DNA of 64,000 nucleotides from Phototrophicaceae bacterium (GCA_965232245.1 CBDDPG010000001.1:50635-114634), one strand, 5' to 3'; shown: positions 7,887 through 18,323, counted from the stretch's first letter. The notes: a model not told the origin generated them from the letters alone. Made by a program: numbers and translations.

Positions 7887-8954
7887 ATGGCATACGAAGT
7901 TCGCGACGCATCGCTCGTCAAGCCCTACCCGCTTTCGACACTGGAGGACTTCGCTTTTCGTTTCCTGCGAGCGCTTGGCGCAACTGCCGACGAAGCCGAA
8001 ATCATCAGCGACGGTCTGATGACAGCTTCGCAATGGTGGCACCCTGGTCAAGGACAAGGACTGGAGAAACTCTTCCGCTATCATCGGCGGGTCAAAAACG
8101 GCGGCATACAGCCGGGCGCGTCCATGCGCTGGCGGCGCGACGCCCCTGCTTTCGCTTTGCTCGATGCCGCCCAAGGCTTCGGATACGTCGCCGCGGACCG
8201 CGCCATGCGCCGCGCGGTAGAAAAAGCGGAAGCGGCTGGCATCGCCATGGTCGGCGTCCAGCACAGCAACCATTTCGGCATTGCTGGCTATCACGCGCTG
8301 ACCGCCGCCAAAGCCGGTTTGATCGGCTGGGCATTCACCAACGCCAAAGCGGAAATGGCGCCCTGGGGCTCGGCGCAGCCCGTGCTGGGCACCAACCCCT
8401 GGGGCATCGCCATCCCCCGCAGCGGCGATCATGCCATCGTGCTCGACATGGCATTGACCATGTCCGGCAAAGGCATGATGCGCTGGTACGAACAGGAGGA
8501 CCGCCCGATGCCGGATAATTGGGCGCTGACGCCCGATGGCGAAACCACCACCGATCCCGCCGCCGCCAGAGAGGGACCCATGCTGCCCATCGGCGAATAC
8601 AAGGGTTACGGCTTGAGCCTGGTCACCGATGTGCTGGCCGGCGTCATGACCGGCGCGCTCTTCGGCATGAATGTCTTCCAGGACGATCGCAATTTCGATG
8701 TGGGACACATGATGATCGCCATCGATCCCGCGGCGCTGATGAGCCGAGAAGGTTATGAGGCGCGGCTGGCGCAACTGGTCGCCCAAGTCAAGAGCGCCCC
8801 GTCCATTGACGAGGGCAAGCCTGTCTTGCTGCCGGGTGAAATCGAATTTCGGCGCATGGCCGAGCGGCAAATGGACGGCATCCCCGTCTCGCGCGAGACG
8901 GTCGCGGGTTTGAGAGAGCTGGCAGCCGATCTCGGCGTCGCCTTTACATTATGA
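7887..8954 (+). CDS. Ldh_2 family (malate/L-lactate dehydrogenase type 2) oxidoreductase
   Basis: ATG at 7887 in frame with ORF 7254..8954; HSNHFGIAGYH, GTNPWGIAIP, EYKGYGLSL typical of Ldh_2/DpkA/AllD family; upstream part of the long ORF is an alternate-frame read of the SDR gene. Confidence 0.85.
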   Translation: MAYEVRDASLVKPYPLSTLEDFAFRFLRALGATADEAEIISDGLMTASQWWHPGQGQGLEKLFRYHRRVKNGGIQPGASMRWRRDAPAFALLDAAQGFGYVAADRAMRRAVEKAEAAGIAMVGVQHSNHFGIAGYHALTAAKAGLIGWAFTNAKAEMAPWGSAQPVLGTNPWGIAIPRSGDHAIVLDMALTMSGKGMMRWYEQEDRPMPDNWALTPDGETTTDPAAAREGPMLPIGEYKGYGLSLVTDVLAGVMTGALFGMNVFQDDRNFDVGHMMIAIDPAALMSREGYEARLAQLVAQVKSAPSIDEGKPVLLPGEIEFRRMAERQMDGIPVSRETVAGLRELAADLGVAFTL

Positions 8955-9014
8955 GTTGCCAAAAGTATTTGCAAGCAAGTAATGAGAAATATGGAAAATT
9001 AAAGGACGAACTTT

Positions 9015-11036
9015 ATGGGCAACAGTTCGCAAATTGACGTGGCGCGCCGGCGGGGCTTGATCCCGGAAGACTTAATGAAATTCCGCTGGCTGTCCGAGCT
9101 GGCGCTTTCGCCCGCTGGCGCGCAGATCGCCTACACCATTCGCCGGCCCGACGCCGCCTCCAACGGCTACATCACTCACCTCTATTTGCATGACCTGGGA
9201 ACGGATTCGGCAGCGCGCCTGACCGATGGCGACTGCCAGGTCTCTTCAATCGCCTGGAGCCGCGACAGCAGCCGCCTCGCCTACAGCTACAGCGATAGCG
9301 AGGGCGCTTCCGTCCGCGTCATCAACCTGCGGGACGACTTCGAGGATGTTTATCCAACTGACGGCGCGCCCATGACCGGCCTCGATTGGTCGGCTGACGG
9401 CAGCAAGCTGGTCGGCGCGCGCTGGACGCCCATGCGCAGCGCCGATGATCGCGGGCCCGTCGCTGGCATACCCAAGCCGACCATCAAAGTGGTGCGCCGC
9501 TTGCGCTACAAGCAGGACGGCGTCGGCTGGGTGCATGACCGGTACTTGCAAATTTGGGTGCTGGAGCTGGAAACCGGCGACCTGGTACAAGTCACGCATA
9601 GCGAATGCGATTATTCCTCGCCGAGCTGGAGCAACCGCGGCGACCGAATCGCTTTTGTCGGCATGGCGCGCGAGCAGAATACGCCGCTCGGCTATGGGCA
9701 GATTTTCATCTGCGATTATCCCGAAAGCGAGCCGCGCCTGCTGCTGCCGGGTTGGCAAGGCACGGCTTTCAGCCCGGTCTGGGGCGACGACGATCGTCAT
9801 ATCGCTTTCGCCGGCCACAACCTGCCGCCGCCGGTCAATCGGCGCAACTTCTGGCAGCCGCACCTGGCTGAGGTCGCGGCGGGAACCGCCAGCAAATTGG
9901 GCGCGGATATCGACGAAGAAGTCGGCAATTATGGCGTTTCCGACCAACGCAAAGGCTTGAGCAATGTAACCATGAAATGGTCGCCCGGCGACGAATGGAT
10001 CTACTTCCTGATGACCGAAGCAGGCGCCAGCAATCTCTATCGCATCAACACGGCCGGCGATTATGAGAAAGTGCTCGGCGGCAACAGCATCACCTTCGAA
10101 TACAGTCCAGCCAAAGGCGGCATGGCGGCTTATGGACAAGCCGATCCTGCCAACCCGGGCGAGCTGTATATCTGGCAAAATGGCGAATCGCGCAAACTGA
10201 GCAATCTCAATCCCTGGCTGCGCGATCATGAGCTGGCCAGTCCCGAAAGCTATTGGTACGACGGCGTCGATGGCGCCAAGGTGCATGCCTGGTCGATCAA
10301 ACCGCTGAACTTCGACCCAGGCAAGAAATACCCGCTCGTGCTCTATGTGCATTGTTCGATGTTCTCCTGGGACTTCAATCACGAATTCCAGGTCTACGCC
10401 AACGCCGGCTACGCCGTGGCTTATTTCAACCAGCGCGGCACCACCGCCGGTTACGGGCAAGCCTGGACCAAAGCCAGCGAAGGCGACCAGGGCGGCAAAG
10501 ACTACGAGGAGATCATGCTGGGCGTCGATGAACTGGTCGCGCGCCCTTACATCGACAGCGAGCGTATGGGCGTCACCGGCGGCAGTTGCGGCGGCTTCAT
10601 GACCAACTGGGTCGTGGGCCACAGCGACCGCTTCGCCGCGGCCGTCGCGCAGCGCTCGATCACCAACCAGATCAGTTTCTTCGGCACCTCGGACATTGGT
10701 CCCGAATGCACCGGCGGCGAGACGCGCACCGATCCCTGGCGCGATTTGGGCAGCAGTTGGGCGCAGTCGCCCATCGCTTATATCGACAGCATCAATACGC
10801 CGCTGCTCATCATCCACAGCGACCAAGATCATCGCTGCGCGCTGGAACAAGCCGAGCAGATGTTCGCCGCCCTGCGCTGGCGCGGCAAGGCGGTCGAGCT
10901 GGTCATCTTCGAAGGTGAAAATCACGACCTGTCGCGCGGCGGGCGACCGGGCAATCGCATCGAACGGCAGCATCGCCTACTGGGCTGGTTCAAGAAATAC
11001 CTGGGAACGCATCCCGTGAAAATATCGGTCAAATAG
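9015..11036 (+). CDS. S9 family serine peptidase with N-terminal beta-propeller (acylaminoacyl-peptidase-like)
   Basis: 673 aa; TolB-like propeller repeats, nucleophile elbow GGSCGGFM, later IIHSDQDHRC and GENHDL. Confidence 0.85.
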   Translation: MGNSSQIDVARRRGLIPEDLMKFRWLSELALSPAGAQIAYTIRRPDAASNGYITHLYLHDLGTDSAARLTDGDCQVSSIAWSRDSSRLAYSYSDSEGASVRVINLRDDFEDVYPTDGAPMTGLDWSADGSKLVGARWTPMRSADDRGPVAGIPKPTIKVVRRLRYKQDGVGWVHDRYLQIWVLELETGDLVQVTHSECDYSSPSWSNRGDRIAFVGMAREQNTPLGYGQIFICDYPESEPRLLLPGWQGTAFSPVWGDDDRHIAFAGHNLPPPVNRRNFWQPHLAEVAAGTASKLGADIDEEVGNYGVSDQRKGLSNVTMKWSPGDEWIYFLMTEAGASNLYRINTAGDYEKVLGGNSITFEYSPAKGGMAAYGQADPANPGELYIWQNGESRKLSNLNPWLRDHELASPESYWYDGVDGAKVHAWSIKPLNFDPGKKYPLVLYVHCSMFSWDFNHEFQVYANAGYAVAYFNQRGTTAGYGQAWTKASEGDQGGKDYEEIMLGVDELVARPYIDSERMGVTGGSCGGFMTNWVVGHSDRFAAAVAQRSITNQISFFGTSDIGPECTGGETRTDPWRDLGSSWAQSPIAYIDSINTPLLIIHSDQDHRCALEQAEQMFAALRWRGKAVELVIFEGENHDLSRGGRPGNRIERQHRLLGWFKKYLGTHPVKISVK

Positions 11037-11121
11037 GGCGACGTGGCGCCGCGCATAGGGCGCGTAGTCACCGCCCTTCGACGCTGCGGGTCGCCGCCCG
11101 CACAAGAAAAGGAGAAACTGC

Positions 11122-12159
11122 ATGTTAAAAGTAGGCAACGTAAGCGCCAAAGCCGGTGAAAAGACCTTTGGCTATCTGGAGACGGCTCAGTCGCGTTCGG
11201 GCATGCGGCTCGATGTCCCCGTGCATCTGATCGCCGGGGCGCAGCCGGGACCCACGCTCATGCTGCAAGGCGCGATCCACGGCGCCGAAGTCATCGGCTC
11301 CATCGCCATTCTCGATTTCGTGGCGAAAGCCGATCCCGCAGCCCTCCGCGGCAATGTCATCGCCGTGCCCGTCGTCAACCGCGCCGGCTTCGAGCTGGGC
11401 ACGCGCGGCTCCCTTGTCGACGACAAGGACATCAGCCGGCTCTTCCCCGGCAAGAAAGACGGCAGCGTATCCGACCAGACCGCTTATATCTACTTCCAGG
11501 AAGCCATCACCCAAGCCGACGTGCTAATCGATTTCCACGCCGGCGCTCGCACCGCCTATGAGCGCTATGTCCTGTTCAACGCGGAAGAAGACCCGGACAA
11601 TCTGACCCTGATGGAGCAGAGGCGGCGCAAGCTGGTAGTGGCTTTCGGGCTCGACCAAGCGGCTTTCTTCCCGCCGGGCACCTTCGGCAGCGGCGCCTCC
11701 AAGGTTGCGATTGAAGAGGTCGATACCCTGCAGATCACGCTGGAATTCGGCGGTGGCACCGGCTGGTTCAAAAACGGCGAGGACAACGTGCGCGATGCCG
11801 AACGCGGCATCTGGAACATCCTGAAAGCCATGGGCATGATCGACGGCGAACTCGAAGCCGACGGTCCCCTTTGTACCGTCTACAAGGCCGGCGTCGTCAT
11901 CTGGAAACCGGCCGTGGATGGGCTTTTCATCCGCGACAGCAAATTCCGCGACCAGCTCCAAACCGGCGATGTCTATGGCCGGCTGGTCGATCCCTACACC
12001 GGTGAGCTGCTGGCGGAAATGCCAACGCCCAAAGATGGCATCGTGATACCGAGCGGACAAGAATGGCCCACCGTCGGCGCCACCTCCATCGGCATTCTCG
12101 GTTCCATCGACCGCGTCGAAGACCGCCGCGCGCTGGACTTGTCCGTCAGCTTTGATTAA
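11122..12159 (+). CDS. Succinylglutamate desuccinylase/aspartoacylase (AstE/AspA, M14-like) family deacylase
   Basis: 345 aa; zinc motif HGAE in LQGAIHGAEVIGS and second His in LIDFHAGA. Confidence 0.75.
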   Translation: MLKVGNVSAKAGEKTFGYLETAQSRSGMRLDVPVHLIAGAQPGPTLMLQGAIHGAEVIGSIAILDFVAKADPAALRGNVIAVPVVNRAGFELGTRGSLVDDKDISRLFPGKKDGSVSDQTAYIYFQEAITQADVLIDFHAGARTAYERYVLFNAEEDPDNLTLMEQRRRKLVVAFGLDQAAFFPPGTFGSGASKVAIEEVDTLQITLEFGGGTGWFKNGEDNVRDAERGIWNILKAMGMIDGELEADGPLCTVYKAGVVIWKPAVDGLFIRDSKFRDQLQTGDVYGRLVDPYTGELLAEMPTPKDGIVIPSGQEWPTVGATSIGILGSIDRVEDRRALDLSVSFD

Positions 12160-12180
12160 CCCGAGGGGAGTAGATTACAA

Positions 12181-13164
12181 ATGAAGATAGGAACGATAGC
12201 AGCGCAGGCGGGCGAAAAGAGCTACGGTTTTTTCAAAACTGGCGAGACGCATGGACGCTTCCCGGCGCACATCCCCCTGCATCTGATCGTCGGCGCGGGG
12301 GACGGTCCCATGCTGGTGGTGCAAGCGGGGACGAGCGGGCTGGAAATCGAACCCGCGCTGATCCTGCCCCATGTCGTCAAAGAACTCGACCCGGCCCAGA
12401 TCAAGGGAACGCTGGTACTTGTGCCCCTGATGAACACATCCGGCTTTGAATTCGCGCAAATCAACAGCGCCTGGGACGACAAGCACCTCAACCGCCTGGG
12501 GCGCGGCGCCGCCGATGGCAGCGTCAGTGAACAGATGATCCACGCATACTATCAAGCCGTCATCGCCAAAGCGGACGCGCTAGTCGACATCCGCACCGGC
12601 TCGCAATGGAGTTATCACCATTTCGCCGGCGTCTACGACGACGGCGATGTCGAGGCCTCGAAAGCTTTAGCGGTCGCGCTGGGACTGCCGCAGGTGGCGC
12701 TCGGTCAAGCCGCCGATGATTCCATGGCGCTGGAAGCCGCGCGCGATGGCTTGGCTGTTGTCGCGGCGCATATCGGCGGCGGACCGGGCTTGCGCGATTA
12801 TCGCGATCGCGATCTGGGACGCATGCGCAATGCCGTTCTCAATGCCATGCGGCGCCTGGGCATGCTGGACGGCGCGCTGGAGAGCGATGTCGACAGCGTA
12901 GCGGTCATCAACCGTCACACCGTCATCAAGCCTAGCGGGCAGCGCGGCTTCGTCTTCATGGACAAGCGCTTGCGCGGCGCGCAGGTCAATGTCGGCGACA
13001 AGCTCGGTTATGTGCGCCATCCCTTCTCGGGCGAAGTCATCGAAGAGATAAGAGCGCCGCGCGCGGGGATCATGGTCGATGCCGGCGCTTCCTGGCCCGT
13101 GCCGCTGGAAGGCTCCGTCCTGGCGATTCTGGGCGACTTGGTCGAGGAGATTGAAGTTGCTTAA
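12181..13164 (+). CDS. AstE/AspA-family paralogue lacking both zinc-binding histidines
   Basis: 327 aa; collinear with the upstream gene, but HGAE is SGLE and FHAG is IRTG. Confidence 0.65.
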   Translation: MKIGTIAAQAGEKSYGFFKTGETHGRFPAHIPLHLIVGAGDGPMLVVQAGTSGLEIEPALILPHVVKELDPAQIKGTLVLVPLMNTSGFEFAQINSAWDDKHLNRLGRGAADGSVSEQMIHAYYQAVIAKADALVDIRTGSQWSYHHFAGVYDDGDVEASKALAVALGLPQVALGQAADDSMALEAARDGLAVVAAHIGGGPGLRDYRDRDLGRMRNAVLNAMRRLGMLDGALESDVDSVAVINRHTVIKPSGQRGFVFMDKRLRGAQVNVGDKLGYVRHPFSGEVIEEIRAPRAGIMVDAGASWPVPLEGSVLAILGDLVEEIEVA

Positions 13165-13276
13165 GCTCACGCGCCTCGACGCGTCAGCCGAGGGCATGAC
13201 AGGTTTGACGCGACATAGACCGAGACAGCGGGCCCGCTAATAGCTGAGCCCTACAGGAATCATTAATGTTTGAAAG

Positions 13277-13303
13277 CTGTAGGGGCGACCTATCAGGTCG
13301 CCC
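13277..13303. repeat. GTAGGGGCGAC-type hairpin repeat
   Basis: CTGTAGGGGCGACC-TATCA-GGTCGCCC; related copies at 46090-46162 and 48150-48370. Confidence 0.5.
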
Positions 13304-13418
13304 GAAAATCACCGAAATATATCAGGTTTTCGGCCTAATCGCAGTTGATGAATATCCTCGGTCAAGGAAGGGGCTGGGCGTGAGAACACAGGCGAGAACA
13401 CTTGGCTAGGCCTCCGTC

Positions 13419-14639
13419 ATGATCCTGAGCATCTGGAACCGCAGCAGCTTTCGCGTCGGTGTTTACCGCTGGTACTGGGGCGCCAATGTCCTCGTGCATA
13501 TCACCTATCTGCTGCAAGCGGTGGCGCTCGGCTGGCACATGCTCGAAGTGACCGGTTCACCCTTTCAAGTCGGCTTGGTCGCCTTCGCTTACGGCCTGCC
13601 CTTGCTCGTCGTCGCGCCTTTTTCCGGGCTGGTGGCCGACCGCATGAAACGGCAATGGGTGGTGCAGGGGTCCCTGGCGGTCGCCGTGCTGACATCGGCT
13701 GGCCTGGCGCTGTTGGCGAAATCGGGCATAAACGAGCCGATCGTCTTTCTGCTCGCTTCTTCTCTGCTGGGCGGGACATTCGCCTTCTATGCGCCGGCGC
13801 GCATGGCGCTGCTGCCGAACCTGGTTCCGGATGCCATGGTCTTCAACGCGACGACACTGAGTTATTCGGGCACCCGCTTGATGGGATTTTTCGGTCCGGT
13901 ATTAGCCGGTTATCTTTTGCAATTCACCGACATATTTGTCACCTTCTGCGTACAGACCCTGCTCTTCGCCCTAGGCGCGGCGCTCTATCTCAAGGCGACG
14001 CATTTTCTGCCCAATCCGAAACGGAAGAACGGAGGACAAAGCAGCATATTGCAGGGTTTCGGCGAAATCAGCGCCTATTTTCGCGGCAATCAAGCGCTTC
14101 TGGCTTTGCTGGCATTGAGCTTGGTCTTCGTGCCGATTGGCATGCCCTACCAAAAGCTGATGCCCATTTTTGTCGCCGAGGCGCTCAACGAAGGTCCGGC
14201 AATCCTGGGATTGCTGGTGGGCAGCGCCAGCCTGGGTTCGGCGCTTTCCGGCTTCGCCGTCGTTGTCATCGGCGATGTCTATCCAAAGGGCAAAGCGATT
14301 CTGGTCTTTTCCAGCTTTTTCGGCTTGGGCATGGTTGTCTTCGCTTTCATTCGGCAGCCGCTCTTCGCGCTCGGCTGGATTTTCCTGGTCGGCGTCGCTT
14401 CCGGTTTGTTCCTCACCTTGATCAACGCGCTGCTCCTGACGCAACTGCCCGACGAACTGCGCGGACGCATGATGAGCCTCTGGGGCATGGTCTGGGGTCT
14501 CATTCCCTTGACGACGCTGCTGGCGGGCACAGTCGCCGAGTTCTGGAGCATCTCCGTAGTACTGGTCTTCGCTGGCGCATGCGTCACCGCGACTTGTATC
14601 ACGTTATGGGCGCGGCGGTCACCGCTGCTCGATTTATAA
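13419..14639 (+). CDS. MFS transporter
   Basis: 406 aa, about 12 hydrophobic segments, GLVADRMKRQ loop motif between TM2 and TM3. Confidence 0.85.
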   Translation: MILSIWNRSSFRVGVYRWYWGANVLVHITYLLQAVALGWHMLEVTGSPFQVGLVAFAYGLPLLVVAPFSGLVADRMKRQWVVQGSLAVAVLTSAGLALLAKSGINEPIVFLLASSLLGGTFAFYAPARMALLPNLVPDAMVFNATTLSYSGTRLMGFFGPVLAGYLLQFTDIFVTFCVQTLLFALGAALYLKATHFLPNPKRKNGGQSSILQGFGEISAYFRGNQALLALLALSLVFVPIGMPYQKLMPIFVAEALNEGPAILGLLVGSASLGSALSGFAVVVIGDVYPKGKAILVFSSFFGLGMVVFAFIRQPLFALGWIFLVGVASGLFLTLINALLLTQLPDELRGRMMSLWGMVWGLIPLTTLLAGTVAEFWSISVVLVFAGACVTATCITLWARRSPLLDL

Positions 14640-14643
14640 GACC

Positions 14644-15702
14644 ATGGTTCTGCTCTTGCGCAATCACGAAATCCGCGGACTGATGGACCTGCCCGCATAT
14701 ATCAAAGCTGTGGAAGACGGCTATCGCGAAATCGGCACGGGCGCGGGCGCGGCTTTCCCGCGCGAAAATCTGTGGATCAAAGACGACAAAAGCGACGAAG
14801 CCAAGAAAGATGAGAAAACCGACAGTCATCGCGCTGGTCATCTGCGGGCTGGCAGCAAAGCCTCTTTCAAGTTCAAAGGCGCGCTTCTGCCGGGCTTGGG
14901 CGCCGCTGGATTGAACGCCTACACGGCCGGTTTGCCTAGCGGGCTGGAAACTTTTCTCTTCCTCTTCGACACGGACAGCGGCGCTTTGGCTGCTGTGATG
15001 GAAGTGCTATATTTCGACTGGCTCAAGACCGCGGCTGTTTCCGCGCTGGCGACCAAATATATGGCGCCAGCAGATAGCCCGGTCCTGGCTTTGTTTGGCA
15101 CGGGACGGCACGCCCGCTCGCAACTTTACGCGCTCGTAGAAGTAGTGGCACTCAAACGCGTGCAGGCTTACAGCCGCAACGCCGACAAGCGGCGCGCCTT
15201 CTGCCGGGTGATGAGCGCCGAGCTCGGCATTGAAGTGAGCCCAGCCGACTCGCCGGCGGCTGCCCTGCGCGATGCCGATATCGTCACTACCATCACAACA
15301 TCGCCCAGTCCAGTCTTCCGGGGCGTCGACCTGCCGGATAAGCCAGTCCACATCAATGCCCTCGGCGCTCATTATCCCTGGGTGCGCGAGGTGGACGATC
15401 ACACCGTGCTCAACAGCCGCGTCATCGTCGACGAATGGCGGCAAGGTTTGGCGGAAAACGGCGAACTGCGCATCCCCATGGCGGCGGGCTTGATTGACGA
15501 GACGCAGGTCGCCGGCGACCTGGGCGCGCTGGTCGCGGGGAAGATCCCCGCCCGCCACCCCGATACCCGCTGGACGCTTTTTCTTTCCGGCGGCACTGGC
15601 GTCGAAGACCTGGCTGTGGCACGGCGGCTTTACGAGGCTGCGGTCGAAGGCGGCATCGGCACAGAATTTGCCTTTAATCAACCATACGAATTTGAACTAT
15701 AA
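14644..15702 (+). CDS. Ornithine cyclodeaminase/mu-crystallin family protein
   Basis: 352 aa; LLRNHEIRGLMDL N-terminus, Rossmann LALFGTGRHARSQ, TTITTS motif. Confidence 0.85.
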   Translation: MVLLLRNHEIRGLMDLPAYIKAVEDGYREIGTGAGAAFPRENLWIKDDKSDEAKKDEKTDSHRAGHLRAGSKASFKFKGALLPGLGAAGLNAYTAGLPSGLETFLFLFDTDSGALAAVMEVLYFDWLKTAAVSALATKYMAPADSPVLALFGTGRHARSQLYALVEVVALKRVQAYSRNADKRRAFCRVMSAELGIEVSPADSPAAALRDADIVTTITTSPSPVFRGVDLPDKPVHINALGAHYPWVREVDDHTVLNSRVIVDEWRQGLAENGELRIPMAAGLIDETQVAGDLGALVAGKIPARHPDTRWTLFLSGGTGVEDLAVARRLYEAAVEGGIGTEFAFNQPYEFEL

Positions 15703-15716
15703 GGAGCGGAGGATTC

Positions 15717-16874
15717 ATGTTAACTCAGGATGCACTCAAGCGGGACACAGCGCGGCGGGTCAAGCGCCTGCAAGCGATGATGAAGGAAAACGATCTCGAT
15801 GCCATGATCATCACCGGGCAGGCGATGCCGGGCGGCATGGGCGCCATCCGCTATATCACCCATGCCCATCTCTGGGGCGGCGTCGCTTATGCCATCCTGG
15901 GGGCGGATGACCCCTATCCCTGGCTGCAAGTATGGAGTTCCTACCAAGCGGTTTGGAGCCGCAACGAGACCACCACCCTGCCCGAGCGGGTGCTTTCGCC
16001 CTACGAAGATATCGTGCGTGCCACCGCCGATACCGCCAAGGGCTACGCCACCGGCAGCAAGCGCATCGGCATGGTCAATATGAGCAAGCTCATGAGCATT
16101 GGCGCCTATCAAGCCTTCGCGGCCGAACTCGACGGTTACGAAATGGTCGAGGTGACCGACGCCTTCAACGCCATCCGCCAGATCAAAACGCCCTTCGAGC
16201 TGGAAGCCATTCAGCAGAATGGCGCCATACTCGATTCCGCCATGAATGCCTTCCAGGAAATGGCTGGCATCGGCGTGCGCTATTGGAGCGCCTGCGCCGC
16301 CGTCGAAGGTTATATCAAGTCCTTGGGCGCCTTCTGGGGGCGGACCAAGCTCTCCCTGGACATCACGCCCTATACCGTGCCAACCCCAAAAGACCTGCGC
16401 ATGCAGCGCGACGACATCATCAACTTCGAGATCGTCTACGAATCGCCCTATGGCTACTGGCTGGAGATGACCGCCGTCTTTTCCTTTGAGCCGCTCCCGG
16501 AGCCTATTCGAGCGCTTCTTAATGGCTATCTGGCGGCGGTGGAAGCCTCTTCGGCTGTGGCGAAAGCCGGCAATACCTTCCGCGATATTTCCGATGCCAA
16601 CGACAAAACATTGAGCGATCTCGGCTTCCCGGTCGCCGGCAAGCACACGCCCGATTGTCACAGCACGGGCTTGGACGGCAGCGACGGTCCCAACTCGCTC
16701 GGCTCGCCCGATTTTGTGCTGCAACCCAATATGGTGCTCTCCTATCATCCCGGCACGGTGCTGGAAAAAGACCGCGGTTTCTTGATCTCGGACAATTTTC
16801 TGGTCACGCCAGAAGGCGCTGTCCGCCTCTCGCCGCATCACGCCGACCGCTACTACATGCAGTTGGAAGGATAG
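15717..16874 (+). CDS. M24 family (creatinase/prolidase-fold) hydrolase
   Basis: 385 aa; creatinase_N-like N-terminus (LQAMMKENDLDAMIITG) and pita-bread C-terminal domain; metal-ligand positions not confidently assignable by eye. Confidence 0.75.
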   Translation: MLTQDALKRDTARRVKRLQAMMKENDLDAMIITGQAMPGGMGAIRYITHAHLWGGVAYAILGADDPYPWLQVWSSYQAVWSRNETTTLPERVLSPYEDIVRATADTAKGYATGSKRIGMVNMSKLMSIGAYQAFAAELDGYEMVEVTDAFNAIRQIKTPFELEAIQQNGAILDSAMNAFQEMAGIGVRYWSACAAVEGYIKSLGAFWGRTKLSLDITPYTVPTPKDLRMQRDDIINFEIVYESPYGYWLEMTAVFSFEPLPEPIRALLNGYLAAVEASSAVAKAGNTFRDISDANDKTLSDLGFPVAGKHTPDCHSTGLDGSDGPNSLGSPDFVLQPNMVLSYHPGTVLEKDRGFLISDNFLVTPEGAVRLSPHHADRYYMQLEG

Positions 16875-16940
16875 GCTATGCGGGCTGGCAACAATCAGCA
16901 GGGGATCCTTGAGTCGCCAATTAGTGAAAGGAATACCTCC

Positions 16941-18317
16941 ATGACCAAGCAAAGCGCCGTTTCCGTCATCGGCGAATACGCCGCCGCTCGTCAATACGAA
17001 GATCTGTCCGAGCTGACAGTCGCGCGCGCCCGGCAAGTCACGCTCGACTTCATCGGGACCATGCTCGGCGGCTATCAAACCGAGCTCGGTCAACTCGCGG
17101 CGGATTATGCCGCGCGCATGCAGCCGGGCGCCGAGGCTTCGATCGTCGGCGACGGCCGCCGCAGCGCGACCGAAGGCGCGGCTTGGGCAAACGCCGTGAT
17201 GGGCAAGTTCCTCGGCATGGACGACTCGCATCGAACGGCGGGCCATGTCGCTTCTCAGTTGGTGCCGGCCGCGCTGGCGCTGGGCGAAAAACTGCGGCTC
17301 AGCGGGCGGCAATTCATCACGGCGCTGGCGGTGGGCTACGACGTCATGGACATGGTGCATTGCGCCGTCGACGCCTGGCAGCGCGAACGCGGGCTGGATC
17401 ACAAGAGTCAGGCCGGCAGCCTGGCCAGCGCCGCAACCGCAGCTGTCGCCATTGGCTTGCCCGCGGACAAAATCGCGCATGCGCTGGCGCTGTCGATGGA
17501 CCTGGCTTGCGGCACGGAACAATACGTCTGGGATGCCGGCGCTTGCGACAGCAAAGACTTGTTGGCGGGCTACGGCGCCCGCAACGGCATCTATAGCGCC
17601 AAAATGGCCGACTTCGGCTTCCGCGGACCGCCGGGCGCGCTAGACGGACCCTACGGCTATTTTCATGCCTTTGGTCCCGGTTACGACCAATCGATACTCG
17701 AGCGGCTAGACAGTCAAGCGCTGGCGCGCACCGGCTTCAAACCCCATGCCGGCTGTCGCCATGTGCATTCCTGCGTCGATGCCACGCAAGAATTGCTAAA
17801 AACCGCTCAACCAGATCTCGACGCCATTACCGCCATCGAAATCGACACCTATCACGAGGCGATCACGCCCGCCTTCCGCGTCAATTACCAGCCGCAGACC
17901 GTCGGTCAAGCCGGCTTCAGCTTGCCCGTTACCGCATCCGTCATCTTGACGCGAGGCGCTTGGTTCCGCGAAGACATCGAAAGCTACGACAATCCCGCAG
18001 CGCGCCGTCTGCGCCAACTGGTCAAGGTCGGGCTGGATGAAGCCATCCAAGCCGAACATCCGCTGAAAAACGGCTGCGAAGTGCGCATCGCCACCGCAGA
18101 CGGAACGCAATTCAAAGGACGCGTCGAACATGCCAAGGGCGAGCCGGAGAACATGCTAAGCGAGGCTGAATTCGAGAGCAAATTCCGCTATCTGGTGGGC
18201 GATCTGCTGCCGGACGCGCAGATCCGCCACCTGTTGGACTGCTGTGATCGCTTGGAGCGTCTTGAAGACGTGAGCGAGTTGGTCCAGCTTGCCATTCCCG
18301 AAAAAGTAGCGATGTAA
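16941..18317 (+). CDS. MmgE/PrpD family protein (paralogue 1)
   Basis: ATG at 16941 after GAAAGGAA, in frame with ORF 16878..18317; MDDSHRTAGHVASQLVPA and GFKPHAGCRHVHS motifs. Confidence 0.85.
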   Translation: MTKQSAVSVIGEYAAARQYEDLSELTVARARQVTLDFIGTMLGGYQTELGQLAADYAARMQPGAEASIVGDGRRSATEGAAWANAVMGKFLGMDDSHRTAGHVASQLVPAALALGEKLRLSGRQFITALAVGYDVMDMVHCAVDAWQRERGLDHKSQAGSLASAATAAVAIGLPADKIAHALALSMDLACGTEQYVWDAGACDSKDLLAGYGARNGIYSAKMADFGFRGPPGALDGPYGYFHAFGPGYDQSILERLDSQALARTGFKPHAGCRHVHSCVDATQELLKTAQPDLDAITAIEIDTYHEAITPAFRVNYQPQTVGQAGFSLPVTASVILTRGAWFREDIESYDNPAARRLRQLVKVGLDEAIQAEHPLKNGCEVRIATADGTQFKGRVEHAKGEPENMLSEAEFESKFRYLVGDLLPDAQIRHLLDCCDRLERLEDVSELVQLAIPEKVAM

Positions 18318-18323
18318 GCGCCC

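Noticed and set aside
9246-10973. 575-aa minus-strand ORF inside the S9 peptidase gene
   Set aside because: It is antisense to a gene with an intact GGSCGG nucleophile elbow and propeller repeats. Its composition is typical of a GC-rich antisense frame.
13655-14683. 342-aa alternate-frame ORF within the MFS transporter gene
   Set aside because: It is on the same strand but in the wrong frame, and its product is Arg/Gly-rich. The MFS frame shows regular hydrophobic TM periodicity.
15720-17522. 600-aa ORF on the minus strand spanning the M24 and PrpD-like genes
   Set aside because: It is antisense to two ORFs with clear family motifs. Its translation is low-complexity and rich in Arg/Gly/Ala/His/Asp, as expected for shadow frames in high-GC DNA, and no motif is recognisable.
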